Shown piece after piece: positions 11,301 through 22,831 of a stretch of DNA of 64,000 nucleotides. How positions within the stretch are numbered: position 1 is the first letter of the stretch; every line of letters starts with the position of its first letter. The position numbers and the translations under genes were made by a program. Source of the stretch: an uncultured Verrucomicrobiae bacterium (lineage in GTDB: Bacteria > Verrucomicrobiota > Verrucomicrobiia > Limisphaerales > UBA11358); assembly GCA_963738225.1 (NCBI GenBank), contig CAVTVR010000011.1, forward strand, positions 131,868 to 195,867, written 5' to 3'. Under the pieces are notes generated by a model, which saw only the letters and a program-made list of their open reading frames with translations, searched no databases and had not been told where the DNA came from.

Positions 11301-12113
11301 ACATGGGTGTCCCGTTGGTTCGGTTCATCGGCGGCGGCGGGAGCGGGGCACAAGGTTTTGCGGTGGTCAGCAACGGCGTGGTGACGCGCATCACGGTCAC
11401 CGATGCGGGTTCCGGCTACACCAATGCGCCGGTGGTGGTGATTGAACCGCCCTTCATTTCCCAGCCGGTATTGGGCATCGCCCCGATGTCGTTCCTGTCG
11501 TTCTCCAATCTCACGGTGGGCGGCTCCTACCAATTGCAGCGGTCGCAGGCCTGGTATTGGACCAACCAGCCGGTCAGTTTCACCGCCACCAGCGACATTT
11601 ACACGCGGATGGTGGCCGGCGCGGCGGGCAGCGCCGAATTATCGGTTGGCGCTCGATCCGGTGCCCGCCCAGGCGTTCGCCACGCCGATAGCCTATTTTG
11701 GTTTCATCGTCAGCGCCACCGTGACCAGCGGCGGTTCCGGCTACGTCACCAGTCCGGCGGTCAGCATCGTGGGCGGAGGCGGCACCAACGCGGCGGCGGT
11801 TGCTCAAATCTCCGGCGGCGTGGTGACAAAAATTCTCATCACCATGCCGGCAATGGCTACACCAACACGCCCACGATCAAGATCGCCGCGCCACCCGCCG
11901 CCGCCGTGTTCGCCCACGGTGCTGCCGGTGATGCGCGTGGATTCAGCGCAACTGGCGCCGTATGACAATTATCAAATCCAGTTCACGCCGGATCTGACCG
12001 ACGCCTGGGCCAACTGGAACGGCGGCTTGTTCAGCCCGACGGATGTGACGAATTCGCAATATCTGTTCATCACCAATGACATCGGCTTTTTCCGGCTGCT
12101 GTATGTGCCGTAA
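5327..12113 (+). CDS. Large secreted multidomain surface protein: (FG-GAP/VCBS propeller - RCC1-like propeller - Ig) x2, 2x LamG, C-terminal domain; indels near the 3' end
   Basis: Signal peptide (..LHA/Q); ADVNGDGKxDL repeats; GLSNVVAIAAG..HSLAL repeats; Ig (ITSQP...FQW...YSV); LamG (WQHVALTYD..., DELSFYSRALS). The end (..GFFRLLYVP*) is reached via frameshifts at about 11640-11910. Confidence 0.9.
6383..7416 (+). repeat. 1034-bp direct repeat, copy 1 (RCC1-like module + half Ig)
   Basis: Reads identical to 8579-9612 (offset 2196); alternative-frame ORF translations are also identical. Confidence 0.95.
8579..9612 (+). repeat. 1034-bp direct repeat, copy 2
   Basis: Reads identical to 6383-7416. 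Confidence 0.95.
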
Positions 12114-12160
12114 CCATTGAGCAGTTTTAACTGCCGCAAAAAAAGCGCAAAAGTTGCAAT

Positions 12161-12285
12161 GGTAGGGATGCCGCGCTGCGGCGTCCCCGTCCGGCAGGAC
12201 GGAATGAACCGGGAAATTGCACTGCTTTTGCCGTCGCCTGACGCTGCGCTCGGCGACGCGGACAGCGCAGCGCGCTGTCCCTACC
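12161..12285. repeat. GTAG-type REP/REPIN (family A)
   Basis: GGTAGGGATGCCGCGCTGCGGCGTCCC...GGACAGCGCAGCGCGCTGTCCCTACC. Confidence 0.85.
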
Positions 12286-12344
12286 TCAGCGCTGCGTTGG
12301 CAATGGGTGGACGCGCGGAGCGTTTCCCCATAAACTTTGCCGGC

Positions 12345-13214
12345 ATGAAACGCATTCTCGTCACCGGCGGCGACGGCCTGCTGGCGCATCAATTGAAAAA
12401 AATCGCGCCGCGCGATTTTGAATTTTCCTTTCCCGGCCACGCGGAGTTTGACCTGACCCAAAAAGATTTGATGGCGCAACGGCTGGCGGAATTGCAGCCG
12501 CAGGTCGTCATCAACACCGCCGCCTACAATCTCGTGGACCGCTGCGAAATCGAACGCGAACTTTCGTGGGCGGTCAACGCCACCGGGCCGGAAATGCTGG
12601 CGGAATTGTGCGCGGAGAAAAACATCCGGCTCGTCCATTACGGCACGGATTACGTTTTCGACGGCGCAAAAAAATCGCCCTACACCGAGACGGACGCGGC
12701 GAATCCGCTGAACCATTACGCCGCCGGCAAATTCGCGGGCGAACAGGCGGTGCTGCGCGCGTCGCCGCAGCATCTGGTGCTGCGCACAAGCTGGGTGTTC
12801 GACTGGCATCCGACGCAGACGAAAACTTTTGTCCACACGATTTTGAAAGCGGCGCGCGAAGGCCGGCCAATAAAATCCACGACCGACCAGGTTTCCGTGC
12901 CGACCTTCGCCACGGATCTGGCGGAATGGACTTTGGAATTGGTCCGCCGCGGCGCGGGCGGATTGTTTCACGCGGTCAACGACGAGGGCTTGAGCCGGTT
13001 TGACTGGACGAAAATCATTTTGGAGGAAGCGGTGAACGCAAAATTGATTTCCGCCGCGCCGCCGGTGGAGCCGGTGTTGAGTTCGTTTTTCAATTCCGCC
13101 ATGCGCCGGCCGGATTACACGGTGATGAGCAATGGAAAATTGGCGAAACTGCTCGGCCGCGAACCTGGCTCCTGGCGCGCGGGCATGAAAAAAATGCTCG
13201 CGCAGATGAAATGA
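12345..13214 (+). CDS. rmlD: dTDP-4-dehydrorhamnose reductase
   Basis: ILVTGGDGLL, INTAAY, TDYVFDG, YxxxK (YAAGK), DQVSVPT. Confidence 0.9.
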   Translation: MKRILVTGGDGLLAHQLKKIAPRDFEFSFPGHAEFDLTQKDLMAQRLAELQPQVVINTAAYNLVDRCEIERELSWAVNATGPEMLAELCAEKNIRLVHYGTDYVFDGAKKSPYTETDAANPLNHYAAGKFAGEQAVLRASPQHLVLRTSWVFDWHPTQTKTFVHTILKAAREGRPIKSTTDQVSVPTFATDLAEWTLELVRRGAGGLFHAVNDEGLSRFDWTKIILEEAVNAKLISAAPPVEPVLSSFFNSAMRRPDYTVMSNGKLAKLLGREPGSWRAGMKKMLAQMK

Positions 13215-13236
13215 TTTCAGGTAGCTTTTGCCGCCC

Positions 13237-13754
13237 ATGTCCACCGTCTGGCAGCAAGTTGAAGTGCGCGGGATTTTTGAAATTCCCGGGCTGCCGGGCG
13301 TGCGCGTGGAGGCGCTGCCGGTTTTCAAGGACGCGCGCGGCAGCCTGCACGAACTGTTCCGCGCGGACGAAATTCCCGCCGGCTTCAAGCCGCTGATGGC
13401 GTGTTCCTCGTGGTCGCATCCGGGCGTGGCGCGCGGGCCGCACCAGCACGTCGGGCAGGATGATTATTTCACGTTTGCCGGGCCGTCGGATTTTCGCGTT
13501 TATCTTTGGGACGACCGCCCCGGCGCGGCGGGCGCGGCCAAAGGCTGGTTCATCAACACCGGCGAGCAGGCCCCGACGCGCATTCACGTTCCGCGCGGCG
13601 TCGTTCACGCCTATCGACAATACCGGAAACGCCTCCGGCCTCGTCGTCACCGTCACCAGCCTGCTGTTCAAAGGCGAGGGCCGGCGCGATCCGGTGGACG
13701 AAATCCGCCACGAACTGAATCCGCAATTCACCCTATCAACTTCCGCCATCATGA
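13237..13754 (+). CDS. rmlC: dTDP-sugar 3,5-epimerase-like cupin (frameshifted)
   Basis: FKDARGSLHE, SHPGVARGPHQH, VPRGVVHAY. Indels near 13615 and 13732; the corrected stop overlaps the next ATG (ATGA). Confidence 0.7.
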
Positions 13755-15000
13755 TCCAAGAACGCACCCATTGCCGCGCCTGCGGCTCGAAAAACCTCAA
13801 GCTCATCCTCGACCTCGGCAAAACCGCGCTGGTCAACGATTTTCTCAAGCCGGAAGAAGTGGCGGGCTACAAAATCTCGCTGCCGCTGCGCGTGGTGCTG
13901 TGCCCGGACTGCTCGCTGGTGCAACTGGCCGACACGGTGGACCCGAAAATTCTTTACTCGCATTACGCCTACGTCACGTCCACGTCCAAAACGATGGACA
14001 CGCACTTGAACAAGATGATGACGCATCTGCTTTCGACGCGCACGGCTCGGCGCCGGCTCGAAAGTTCTGGAGATCGCGTCGAACACGGGCGTGTTCCTGA
14101 AAAAATTCAAGGAACAGGGCTGCGAAGTGCTCGGCATCGAACCCGCCGGCAACATCGCCGATGTCGCGCTCGCCACGGCGATCCCGACGCGCAAGGAATT
14201 TTTCAACGCGGCCAACGCCAAAAAATTGCGCGCCGAATGGGGCGCGGCGGATTTGATTCTGGGCCGGCACGTCTTCGCGCACATTGACGATTTGCGCGAT
14301 CTGGTCGCCGGCCTGGAGGCGGTTTCGCACGCGGAAACCTTGATCGCGTTTGAAGTGCCTTACGTCGTGGATTTTTTTGAACACACGGAATACGACACGA
14401 TTTACCACGAGCATCTGTCCTACATTTCCGCCGCGTCCATTGAGGCGCTGGTGAAAGATTCGGCGTTCATGCTGTCGCGCGTGGATCATTATCCGATTCA
14501 TGGCGGCTCGATTTTATTTCACCTGCGGCACCGTTCCTCGAAAGCCGAGCCGCACGCGAGCGTGGCGCAGGCGCTGGAAAAGGAAAAAGAAATGCGGCTG
14601 GCCGAACCGGCGACGTGGGAAGCTTTCGCGCAACGCGTGAACCACATCCGCACCGAACTGCCCGCGCTGCTCCGCAAATTAAAAGCGCAGGGCAAACGCA
14701 TCATCGGCTACGGCGCATCGGCCAAGGGCAACACGCTGCTGAACACCTGCGGCATCACGACGCAGGAACTGGACTACATCATTGACAACACGCCGTTCAA
14801 GCAGAACAAAATCGCGCCCGGCTCGTGGATTCCGGTGCGCCCGCCGGAAACGATTGCTGGCCGACCAGCCGGATTTTGCGCTGCTGCTGGCGTGGAATTT
14901 CGCGCCGGAAATCATCAAGCGCGAAACGGAATTTCAAAAGCGCGGCGGGCGGTTCATCGTGCCGATTCCCGAACCGGCGGTGATTGATTTTAAAGGTTGA
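13751..15000 (+). CDS. NDP-hexose C-methyltransferase (TylC3/EryBIII/NovU-like; frameshifted)
   Basis: Zn site CRAC...CPDC, HVFAHI, YDTIYHEHLSY, YGASAKGNTLLN, LLLAWNF..EI. Indels at about 14040 and 14850. Confidence 0.9.
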
Positions 15001-15029
15001 AGCCGCGCCGGTTCCCACCAGTTTGAAAC

Positions 15030-16079
15030 ATGAGCGAAACCGGCACGCCACTTCTGGTCAGCGTCGTCATTGTCAACTACAACTGCAAGGCGTGGGTGCC
15101 GCGCTGCCTGGAATCGCTCCGCGAACAAACCATTTACGACCGCATCGAGACCATCTTTGCCGACAACATTTCACGCGACGGCTCCGATCTGCATGCGCAA
15201 GAGTTGATGAAAAACTGGCCACATGGCGTGTTTCTGCAAACCGGCGCCAACCTTGGATTCGGCGGCGGCGCCAACCGGGGTGCGGCGCTGGCCAAAGGAA
15301 AATTTCTTTTTTTCCTGAATCCCGATGTGTGGCTGGAGCGCGACTGTCTGGAGCGGTTGGTGGCCGCGGCGGAACAAAATCACTTCGGTGTCGCCGGCCC
15401 GCTGGTCCTAAATTACGGCGATGACTCGCTGCAATCCAAAGGCGCGTCCGGCTTCGACATTTTTGGCCTCTCGGTGGATCCACGGGCCTCCGATGAAATT
15501 CCCCGGCTGTTTTCGCCCAGCGCATTTTATTTCATCCGCCGGGATTTGTTTGAAAAAATCGGCGGCTGGGACGACCACTTTTTCATGTATGGCGAGGAAA
15601 TGGACATCGCCTGGCGGATTTGGATTGCCGGCGGAAAGATTGGACATGTGTCCGCCGCCAAAATGCATCATCGCGGCGCGGCAGTGGACAATCCCAAGGG
15701 CGGCGACCGCGTGGTGGAACTGCGCAGCAGCGACACCAAACGGTTTTGCGCGTATCGCAACCATCTGCTGACGCTCCTGAAAGCACCGCAGCATTTCCTG
15801 CTGCTGCTGCTGCTCCCCGCAACCGCGCTGGTGTTGCTGGAAGGTCTGGCGGGCGCAGTCCTGTTGCGGCGCTGGTCGTTTTTTGCCAACACGAGCTGGA
15901 AGGCGCTGGGCGCATGCTGGCAGTTGCGCGGTTACTGGCGGGAACAACGCCGGCGCATCCACCGTTTCCGCCAGCACGGCGATTTTTGGATGATCCGTTT
16001 TTTAAGCTGGCGCTTGAACCGCTGGCATGAAATCCGGCAAATCCTGAAACTGGGAATGCCCAAAGTGGAAAAACGATAA
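15030..16079 (+). CDS. Glycosyltransferase family 2
   Basis: VSVVIVNYN, DNISRDGS, NLGFGGGAN, LNPD, FFMYGEEMD. Confidence 0.9.
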   Translation: MSETGTPLLVSVVIVNYNCKAWVPRCLESLREQTIYDRIETIFADNISRDGSDLHAQELMKNWPHGVFLQTGANLGFGGGANRGAALAKGKFLFFLNPDVWLERDCLERLVAAAEQNHFGVAGPLVLNYGDDSLQSKGASGFDIFGLSVDPRASDEIPRLFSPSAFYFIRRDLFEKIGGWDDHFFMYGEEMDIAWRIWIAGGKIGHVSAAKMHHRGAAVDNPKGGDRVVELRSSDTKRFCAYRNHLLTLLKAPQHFLLLLLLPATALVLLEGLAGAVLLRRWSFFANTSWKALGACWQLRGYWREQRRRIHRFRQHGDFWMIRFLSWRLNRWHEIRQILKLGMPKVEKR

Positions 16080-16091
16080 CTCCGTCCGATC

Positions 16092-16865
16092 ATGATCTAC
16101 GAAATTGAAATCACGTTGCGAACCCTTCGCCGGGAAGGTTTCGGCCCGCTCTGCAATAAAATCGGCATTTACTTTCGGCAACTTTTCAGAGGCGTGCGCT
16201 TCTTTTTCCTGCGGCTGCCACGCAACGCGACGCCGGCGGAACTGGTGGATTTCAGTTTCACTGCGGCCGGCGGCCTGTTGCAACAATCACAAGTGCGCCC
16301 GGAAATCATCCAGTTGACGGATTGGATTGGAAAGCGCCGGCCCAAAACCGTCGTGGAAATCGGCACGGCGCACGGCGGCACGTTGCTCCTCTGGTGCCGG
16401 CAGGCCGATCCGGAAGCCACCATCGTCAGCCTGGACCTGCCCGGCGGCATTCACGGCGGCGGCTATCCGTATTGGATGTCCTGGATTTACCAGCGGTTCC
16501 CGCTCGCGGCGCAGAAGCTGCACTTGTTGCGCGGCGATTCGCACAAACCGGAAATGCTCGCGCGGCTGAAAAGTGTTTTGCCGGGCGACGGCAAGGTGGA
16601 TTTTCTGTTCATAGACGGCGACCACACCTACGAAGGCGTGAAGGCTGATTTTGAAATGTATTCCGGCCTGGTTCGTCCCGGCGGACTGATTGCTTTTCAC
16701 GACATCTGCAAGCATCCTGAAGCCTTGAACTGCCAGGTGGACCGTTTCTGGCAGGAAGTGAAGAGTGAACGCCGCGCCCGCGAGTTTGTCCATGATTCAA
16801 ATCAAGGCACCTGCGGCATCGGGGTTATTGAGACTCTGAACTGTTATCATTATGAAAAATCTTAA
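16092..16865 (+). CDS. Class I SAM methyltransferase (Methyltransf_24-like)
   Basis: VVEIGTAHGGT, FLFIDGDHTYEGVKADF, GGLIAFHD. Confidence 0.9.
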   Translation: MIYEIEITLRTLRREGFGPLCNKIGIYFRQLFRGVRFFFLRLPRNATPAELVDFSFTAAGGLLQQSQVRPEIIQLTDWIGKRRPKTVVEIGTAHGGTLLLWCRQADPEATIVSLDLPGGIHGGGYPYWMSWIYQRFPLAAQKLHLLRGDSHKPEMLARLKSVLPGDGKVDFLFIDGDHTYEGVKADFEMYSGLVRPGGLIAFHDICKHPEALNCQVDRFWQEVKSERRAREFVHDSNQGTCGIGVIETLNCYHYEKS

Positions 16866-19587
16866 GCAAACGCCGCCGGCCAAAACCGGCTGGCTGGCGG
16901 TCGGGCTGATTGCCGCCGTGCTGGCGGTGCTGTTCTGGCGCAGCTTCCTGCCGGATTACGTCCATTTTTCCAACGACGGCCCGCTCGGCGTGCAAAACGC
17001 CGCGTGGGTGCAATTGCCCGGCGGCATCACGGGCATGTGGGTGGATTTGAATTATCTCGGACAAAGCGGCGGCGCCTACACGCCCGGCATCACCGCCCTG
17101 CTGCATGTGCTTTTGACTCCGGTGGGCTATGCCAAATTTTACGCGCCCATTGGCTTGTTCATTCTCGGACTTGGCGCGTGGACTTTTTTCCGGCAATTAA
17201 AATTGTCGCCGCTGGCCGCGGCGTTGGGCGCGCTGGCAGCCGTGCTGAATTCAACTTATTTTTCGACCGCCTGCTGGGGACTGGCTTCGCACGAAATTGC
17301 CATGGGCATGAATTTCTTTGCGCTGGCGCTCGTGGTCGGCAGCAACCCGGCAACGCCGGTGCTCGTCCGCTGGACGCGGCTGGCGCTGGCCGGCCTCTGC
17401 GTGGGAATCAATGTCATGGAAGCGGCGGACATCGGCGCGCTGTTCAGCATGTTGGTCGCGCTGTTCGTTTTTTTTCACGCGTTGGCGGAAGGCGAAGGCG
17501 CGATGCTGCAAAAAGCGGTTCGCGGCGTCGGCCGCGTGGCAATGGTGGCGGTCTTCGCCGGATTCATCGCGGTGCAAACGGTGCTTTCGCTGGTCGGCAC
17601 TTCCATTCAAGGCGTGGCCGGGACCGCGCAAGACACGGAAACCAAGGCCGCGCACTGGGATTGGGCCACGCAATGGAGCCTGCCCAAAGCGGAAACGTTC
17701 GGCCTGCTCGTGCCCGGCCTGTTCGGCTACAAAATGGATACGCCCAAAGACATGCATGCCGTCGTTGCAGGACGCGTATCGCAACGGCCTTTACTGGGGC
17801 GGCGCGGGACGCGCGCCGGAGCTGGACCGGTATTTCGACAGCGGAAGCCAGGGGCCGCAACCGTCCGGTCCGGGTATTTTCATGCGGTTCACCGGCGGCG
17901 GCAATTACTGCGGCATCCTGGTGCTGCTCATCGCGGGCTGGGCCATCGCGCAGGCTTTCCGGCGGCAAAATTCAATTTTCCCCGACGCGCAAAAACGGAT
18001 GATTCAATTCTGGGCCGTCGTCATGCTGTTTTGCCTGCTGTTCGCGTGGGGCCGGTTCGCGCCGTTTTACGCGCTGCTTTACCAGCTTCCCTATTTTTCC
18101 ACGATCCGCAATCCGGCCAAGTTCATCATCTTTTTCAGTTGGGCGCTGGTCATCATTTTTGCCTACGGCGTCCACGCGTTGAACCGCCGTTACCTTGATC
18201 CAAAGGCCCTGAAAGCCGCCGGCGTCAACCTGCAATTCAAAAACTGGTGGGCCAAAGTCAGCAGCTTTGACCGCAAATGGACTTATGCGAGCATCGGCCT
18301 GGTTGGAGCCAGCGCGCTCGGCTGGCTGATTTACGCGGCGCAAAAGCCGGCACTGATCCAATACTTGCAAAAGGTCGGCTTTGGCGACATGGATCCGACG
18401 CACGAAAATTCAGCGCCAGCCATCGCCGCGTTCAGTCTCAACCAGGCCGGCTGGGCGGTAATTTTGTTCGCCGTTGCAGCGGGCTTGGTGCTGTTGGTTC
18501 ATCACGGGTTATTTCAACGGCCCGCGCGCCAAAACCGGCGCGGTGCTGCTCGGCGGATTTTTGCTATTTGACATGGGCCGCGCCAATCTGCCGTGGATCG
18601 TCCATTGGGATTACAAACAAAAATACGAAGTCGGTTCGCTGAATCCCATCGTGCAATTTCTGCGCGACAAACCCTACGAACATCGCGTCGCCGGACTGCC
18701 TTTCCGCACGCCGCAGGGGTTGGAACTGTTCGATGAACTTTACCGAATCGAATGGATGCAGCAGCATATTTCCATATTACAACATCCAGAGCTTGGACAT
18801 CGTTCAAGACCCGCGCCCGGCCGCGGACAAAATGGCCTTCAAAGAGGCGCTCGCCTCGCGCGGCGACCTGGCCACCGCCCCGCTCCTCACCCGTGAATGG
18901 CTGCTGACCAACACCCGTTATCTGCTCGGCCCCGCCGGTTATCTCGAAGTGATGAACCAGCAACTCGATCCGGTGCAGCATCGTTTCCGCATCGTCCAGC
19001 GTTTTGAAGTCATGCCCAAACCCGGCATTGCTCACCCGACGCGGCTGGAGGAACTGACCGCCGTGCCGAATGAAAACGGCGATTACGCGCTGTTTGAATT
19101 CACCGGCGCCCTGCCCCGCGCGAAACTTTATTCCAACTGGCAGGTCAACACCAACGACCAGGCCAATTTGAAAACGCTGGCTGACCTGAATTTTGATCCC
19201 GCCAAAACCGTGCTGGTTTCCACGCCGGAAAAAAATCTGCCCGCGCTGGCCACCAACGAAAATTCCGGCACGGTTGAATTCAAAAGCTACGCGACCAAAC
19301 ACATCGTCCTTGCCGCCACCAACACCGCGCCATCGGTGCTGCTGCTCAATGACAAATTTGATCCGCAGTGGAGCGTGACGGTGGACGGCAAGCCGGCGGA
19401 ACTGTTGCGCTGCAATTTCATCATGCGCGGCGTCTATCTGCCAACGCACGGCCAGCACACGGTGGAATTTAACTTCACCCTGCCGCACCGGCCGCTTTAC
19501 GTCACACTCACGGCCATCGGCGTGGGCTTGCTGCTGTGCGGCTTTCTGTTTTATTCCAGCCGGCGAACCGCCGCACCGGCGGCTTAA
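16852..19587 (+). CDS. YfhO-like polytopic membrane protein (GT-C-type; frameshifted)
   Basis: Many TM segments, IRNPAKF, and a C-terminal LLLNDKFDPQWSVTVDG..NFIMRGV YfhO-like tail. Split over 4 ORFs. Confidence 0.8.
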
Positions 19588-20556
19588 CCGTAAATGTTTT
19601 TCGGATGCCGCGTGGCGGCGCTGGATTTTGAAGAGATAAAAATCGCGCAGTTCGACCAGGAATTTTCCCGCCAGCCACAACGGCCAGCCGGTAATGCCGC
19701 GCGCCGCCTGCGCGATTTCGCGGGAGTATTGTGGATTCCCGTTTTGCCGGACGCGCTTGGCCTTGATGCCGGAGCGGACAGCGAACAATCCCTTGAGCTT
19801 CAGCTTGCGAAACAAACTCCAGCCCTTGCCGCGCAGCATTTCGTTGGTCTCCATCGTGCGCCACTCGTCGAAAATCAGCGGCTGCAAGCCGGGCGCAAGA
19901 AACACCGTCTGGTTGCTGCCGTGCCAGCGGTATTTCGCCAGCGCGCGGTGGACGTGGACAATTTTTTCGCATTCCACGCCGTAAGCCGCCCAAAAAATCG
20001 TGTCGCCGAGAATCGGAAAATCCTCGCGGAACCGGCACGGCGGCGGCAGGCCGGCGGTTTTCAACAGCACCGCGCAAAATGACTGGTTGCTCAATTCAGC
20101 CTTGCGCTGCAAAAAAACATCCTTGTCCAGCACTTCAATTATGCCGTCCGCCTTGCCGGAAAAACTCAGGTGCTGATTGTTCTCGTCAATGCGTTCGTCC
20201 AGCGACCACGCCATGCCGCGCCCGGCGCAATCCGCGAGCGCGGGCAGCATCACCTCGTAAAATTCCGGCTCGATAGTGTCGTCGGCGTGGAGAATCTGGA
20301 GGAATTCCGTTTCCGTGGAAAAGTCCAGCGCGCGGTTCAAGTTGCCGAACAGCCCGATGTTTTTTTCATTTTGGATGAACTCGCATTTGAGGCCGGTGAA
20401 ATTTTTGACAATTTCCGGCGTGCGGTCCGTGGAGCAATTGTCCAGCACCACCACGCGGTCGGGCCGCCGCGTCTGCCGCGCGACCGATTCCAAAGTCTGC
20501 GCGATAAACGGTTCGCCATTGAAAACCGGGATGACCGTGAGCAGTTTGCTTTTCAT
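19584..20556 (-). CDS. Glycosyltransferase family 2
   Basis: TVIPVFNGE, LDNCSTD, LHADD. The true stop is probably at 19584 after an indel; the 680-aa ORF extension is an artefact. Confidence 0.85.
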
Positions 20557-21617
20557 TTTTTGGCAATCAACAGAAGCTCGTCACCGGCCTCGGCGTCAAA
20601 CAGCCGGCGGAGGCGTTCGCCCAGTTGGAAAAATGCGCCGTAGATCAGACAGCCGAGCCGGCCAAGCTCGGACATTTCCGCGCGCCCGGTGCGTTCGCTG
20701 GCGCGGCTCAAGCCGCCATAAACCCAGGCGGTGTGAACGGACGTTTTCAACCGCGTGATTTTGAAGCCGGCATTTTCGGCCAACGACCGGAAATTTTGCC
20801 GGTTGAACAAAATCAAATGGCGCGGCGGATCAAGATTGAGCCAGGCGTTTTTGAAGCGGCGGTGTCCCCAGCTCGCGATGTTCGGCGTGAGCACGATGAG
20901 CGTGCCGCCGGGTTTGAGGACGCGATGACATTCGCGCAGCAGCGCCGCCGGATCATAGACATGCTCGATGACATGGCTCAAATGCACGGCGTCAAAATGG
21001 TTTTCGGGGAAATTGATTTCCGCAAGCTGGCCGTGGCGGATGTCGAGGCCGCGCGCCCGCGCGGCGTTCACGGCGTTTGCATCCACTTCCACGCCGCACG
21101 TTTCCCAGCCAAAGGTTTTCATCCGTGCGAGCACCGTGCCGCTGCCGCAGCCGACATCCAGCACGCAGGCGCCTGCCGCCGGTTTGGGCAGATACATGGC
21201 CGCCGCGCCCAAGTCGTCGGGGCCGCCCGGATGCAGCAAGGCCAGCGGCGCAAAAATGATTTTCCAGGTCGCGCCGACGCCCTGGTCGTAGCCGAAGCGC
21301 ACCCGCAAATAACTGTGCCAGACCGACCACACAGTCGAGCGCACCCAACTCGCGCCGGGTTCGGGCTGGTGGTGCGTGTAGTAACCTTGATAGGCCAGCC
21401 CGATATCCGCCGGCGACGGCTGCGGATGCAGCCAGACAGCGCGGCAGCCTTCGCATTCGCGCAAATTCCAGACGCCCGGCGCGGCGTAGGAACGGTCGCG
21501 CATTTGCTGGTAAAGAATTTTTCCGGACGCGCCGCACAACGGACAATTCAGGGCCGGCTGCGTTCTGATTTCGGTGTTCACCGCGCGAAGCAAACCAGAA
21601 ACGGCAGTTGGATTCAA
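20553..21617 (-). CDS. Class I SAM methyltransferase with N-terminal Zn finger
   Basis: CPLC...CEGC, VLDVGCGSG, SHVIEHV, LDPPRHL. Confidence 0.9.
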   Translation of the reverse strand: MNPTAVSGLLRAVNTEIRTQPALNCPLCGASGKILYQQMRDRSYAAPGVWNLRECEGCRAVWLHPQPSPADIGLAYQGYYTHHQPEPGASWVRSTVWSVWHSYLRVRFGYDQGVGATWKIIFAPLALLHPGGPDDLGAAAMYLPKPAAGACVLDVGCGSGTVLARMKTFGWETCGVEVDANAVNAARARGLDIRHGQLAEINFPENHFDAVHLSHVIEHVYDPAALLRECHRVLKPGGTLIVLTPNIASWGHRRFKNAWLNLDPPRHLILFNRQNFRSLAENAGFKITRLKTSVHTAWVYGGLSRASERTGRAEMSELGRLGCLIYGAFFQLGERLRRLFDAEAGDELLLIAKK

Positions 21618-21635
21618 GCCCGCGCAGCGTAAAGG

Positions 21636-22397
21636 CTACAGCCCGGTTGGATGATCCAAAAACTCCCACGGCAGGCTGAATTTTTTGGACAGCTCCGCCG
21701 CCAGCGCTTTCACGCCGAATGTTTCCGTGGCGTAATGGCCGCCATAAAAGACATTCAGACCCAGTTCCTCGGCCAGCGCATAAGTCCAGTGCGGGCCTTC
21801 GCCGGTGATGAAAGTGTCCACGCCTTCGCTCGCGGCCTGCTTCAAATCGCCGCCCGCGCCGCCGGTGACAATGCCGATGTTCTCGCAAATTTCTTTTCCG
21901 CCGGGAATCAATTTTGGTTTTGTGCCAGTGGCGGTTTGTAATTTCTCAAAGAGCGCCGCGCGTGAAATTCTTGTCTTGGTTTTGAAACCGATGGTTTGGC
22001 CGTGGCTGGCAAAAAATGGTTTTAAATTTTTCAGGCCGAGCGCGGCGGCGAGGCGGGCGTTGTTGCCGAGTTTTGGGTGCGCATCCAGTGGCAAATGCGA
22101 ACTGTAGACGGCGAGATTATTTTCGATAAGCCGTTGAAGCAGCTCGTATTTTTTCCCCGTCCACGGATGCGACGGCGACCAAAACAATCCATGATGCACG
22201 ATGAGCAGATCCGCCTTGGCGGCAATGGCAAGTTTGACCGTGGCGAGACTGGCGTCAACCGCCGCTGCGAGACGCGTGACCGCGCCGGAGTTTTCCACTT
22301 GCAAACCGTTGACCGCGCCATCGTAGTCGCCGATTTTACGCGTGCGCAAAATCCGGTCGCAGTGTTTAACGATGGCGGCGAGCGAAACTTTCGGCAT
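21636..22397 (-). CDS. Nif3-like dinuclear metal protein (YbgI/GTP cyclohydrolase I type 2)
   Basis: NGLQVE, IVHHGLFW, HLPLDAH, GHYATETFG. Confidence 0.92.
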   Translation of the reverse strand: MPKVSLAAIVKHCDRILRTRKIGDYDGAVNGLQVENSGAVTRLAAAVDASLATVKLAIAAKADLLIVHHGLFWSPSHPWTGKKYELLQRLIENNLAVYSSHLPLDAHPKLGNNARLAAALGLKNLKPFFASHGQTIGFKTKTRISRAALFEKLQTATGTKPKLIPGGKEICENIGIVTGGAGGDLKQAASEGVDTFITGEGPHWTYALAEELGLNVFYGGHYATETFGVKALAAELSKKFSLPWEFLDHPTGL

Positions 22398-22455
22398 GGA
22401 ACGATGAAACCAAATCGCGGCCAGAGTGCAAGGCGCGAATGGCGCGCCGGCCCGG

Positions 22456-22719
22456 TTAATAACCTTGGTCCAGCTCGTTCTGCTTCAAAAAAATGGTTGT
22501 GTCTCCGCTGCGTTTCGGACTTTCAGGCCGCACCATGGCCTGGCACATGGTGTGGTTGACATTGAACGGCTGGCCGTGGAGCTGGTAGCCGGCCTTGAGT
22601 TTGCGGTTCACTTTTTCAGCAAATTGATGATAGCTGCTGTGATGGTCATCCTCGCCGCTGACCACAATAATATAATCCACCGCGGCAATGGAGGAATTCG
22701 TCGTCTGTGTTGGTAACAT
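22456..22719 (-). CDS. DUF1737-like small protein
   Basis: F.EKVN..L..GYQLHGQP...CQAMV pattern. Confidence 0.7.
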   Translation of the reverse strand: MLPTQTTNSSIAAVDYIIVVSGEDDHHSSYHQFAEKVNRKLKAGYQLHGQPFNVNHTMCQAMVRPESPKRSGDTTIFLKQNELDQGY

Positions 22720-22831
22720 GGGTTGTGGCAAAAATATATCAAGGCCGCGCCGCTTGCCAAATTCAAATTGAAATAATTCTGAAGAATCTAGCAGTTGCCC
22801 GGCGCGTCATCGTCCGGCAAAATGTCAGGTC

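Noticed and set aside
13460-14287. RmlC-methyltransferase fusion
   Set aside because: One indel restores a TGA overlapping ATG 13751.
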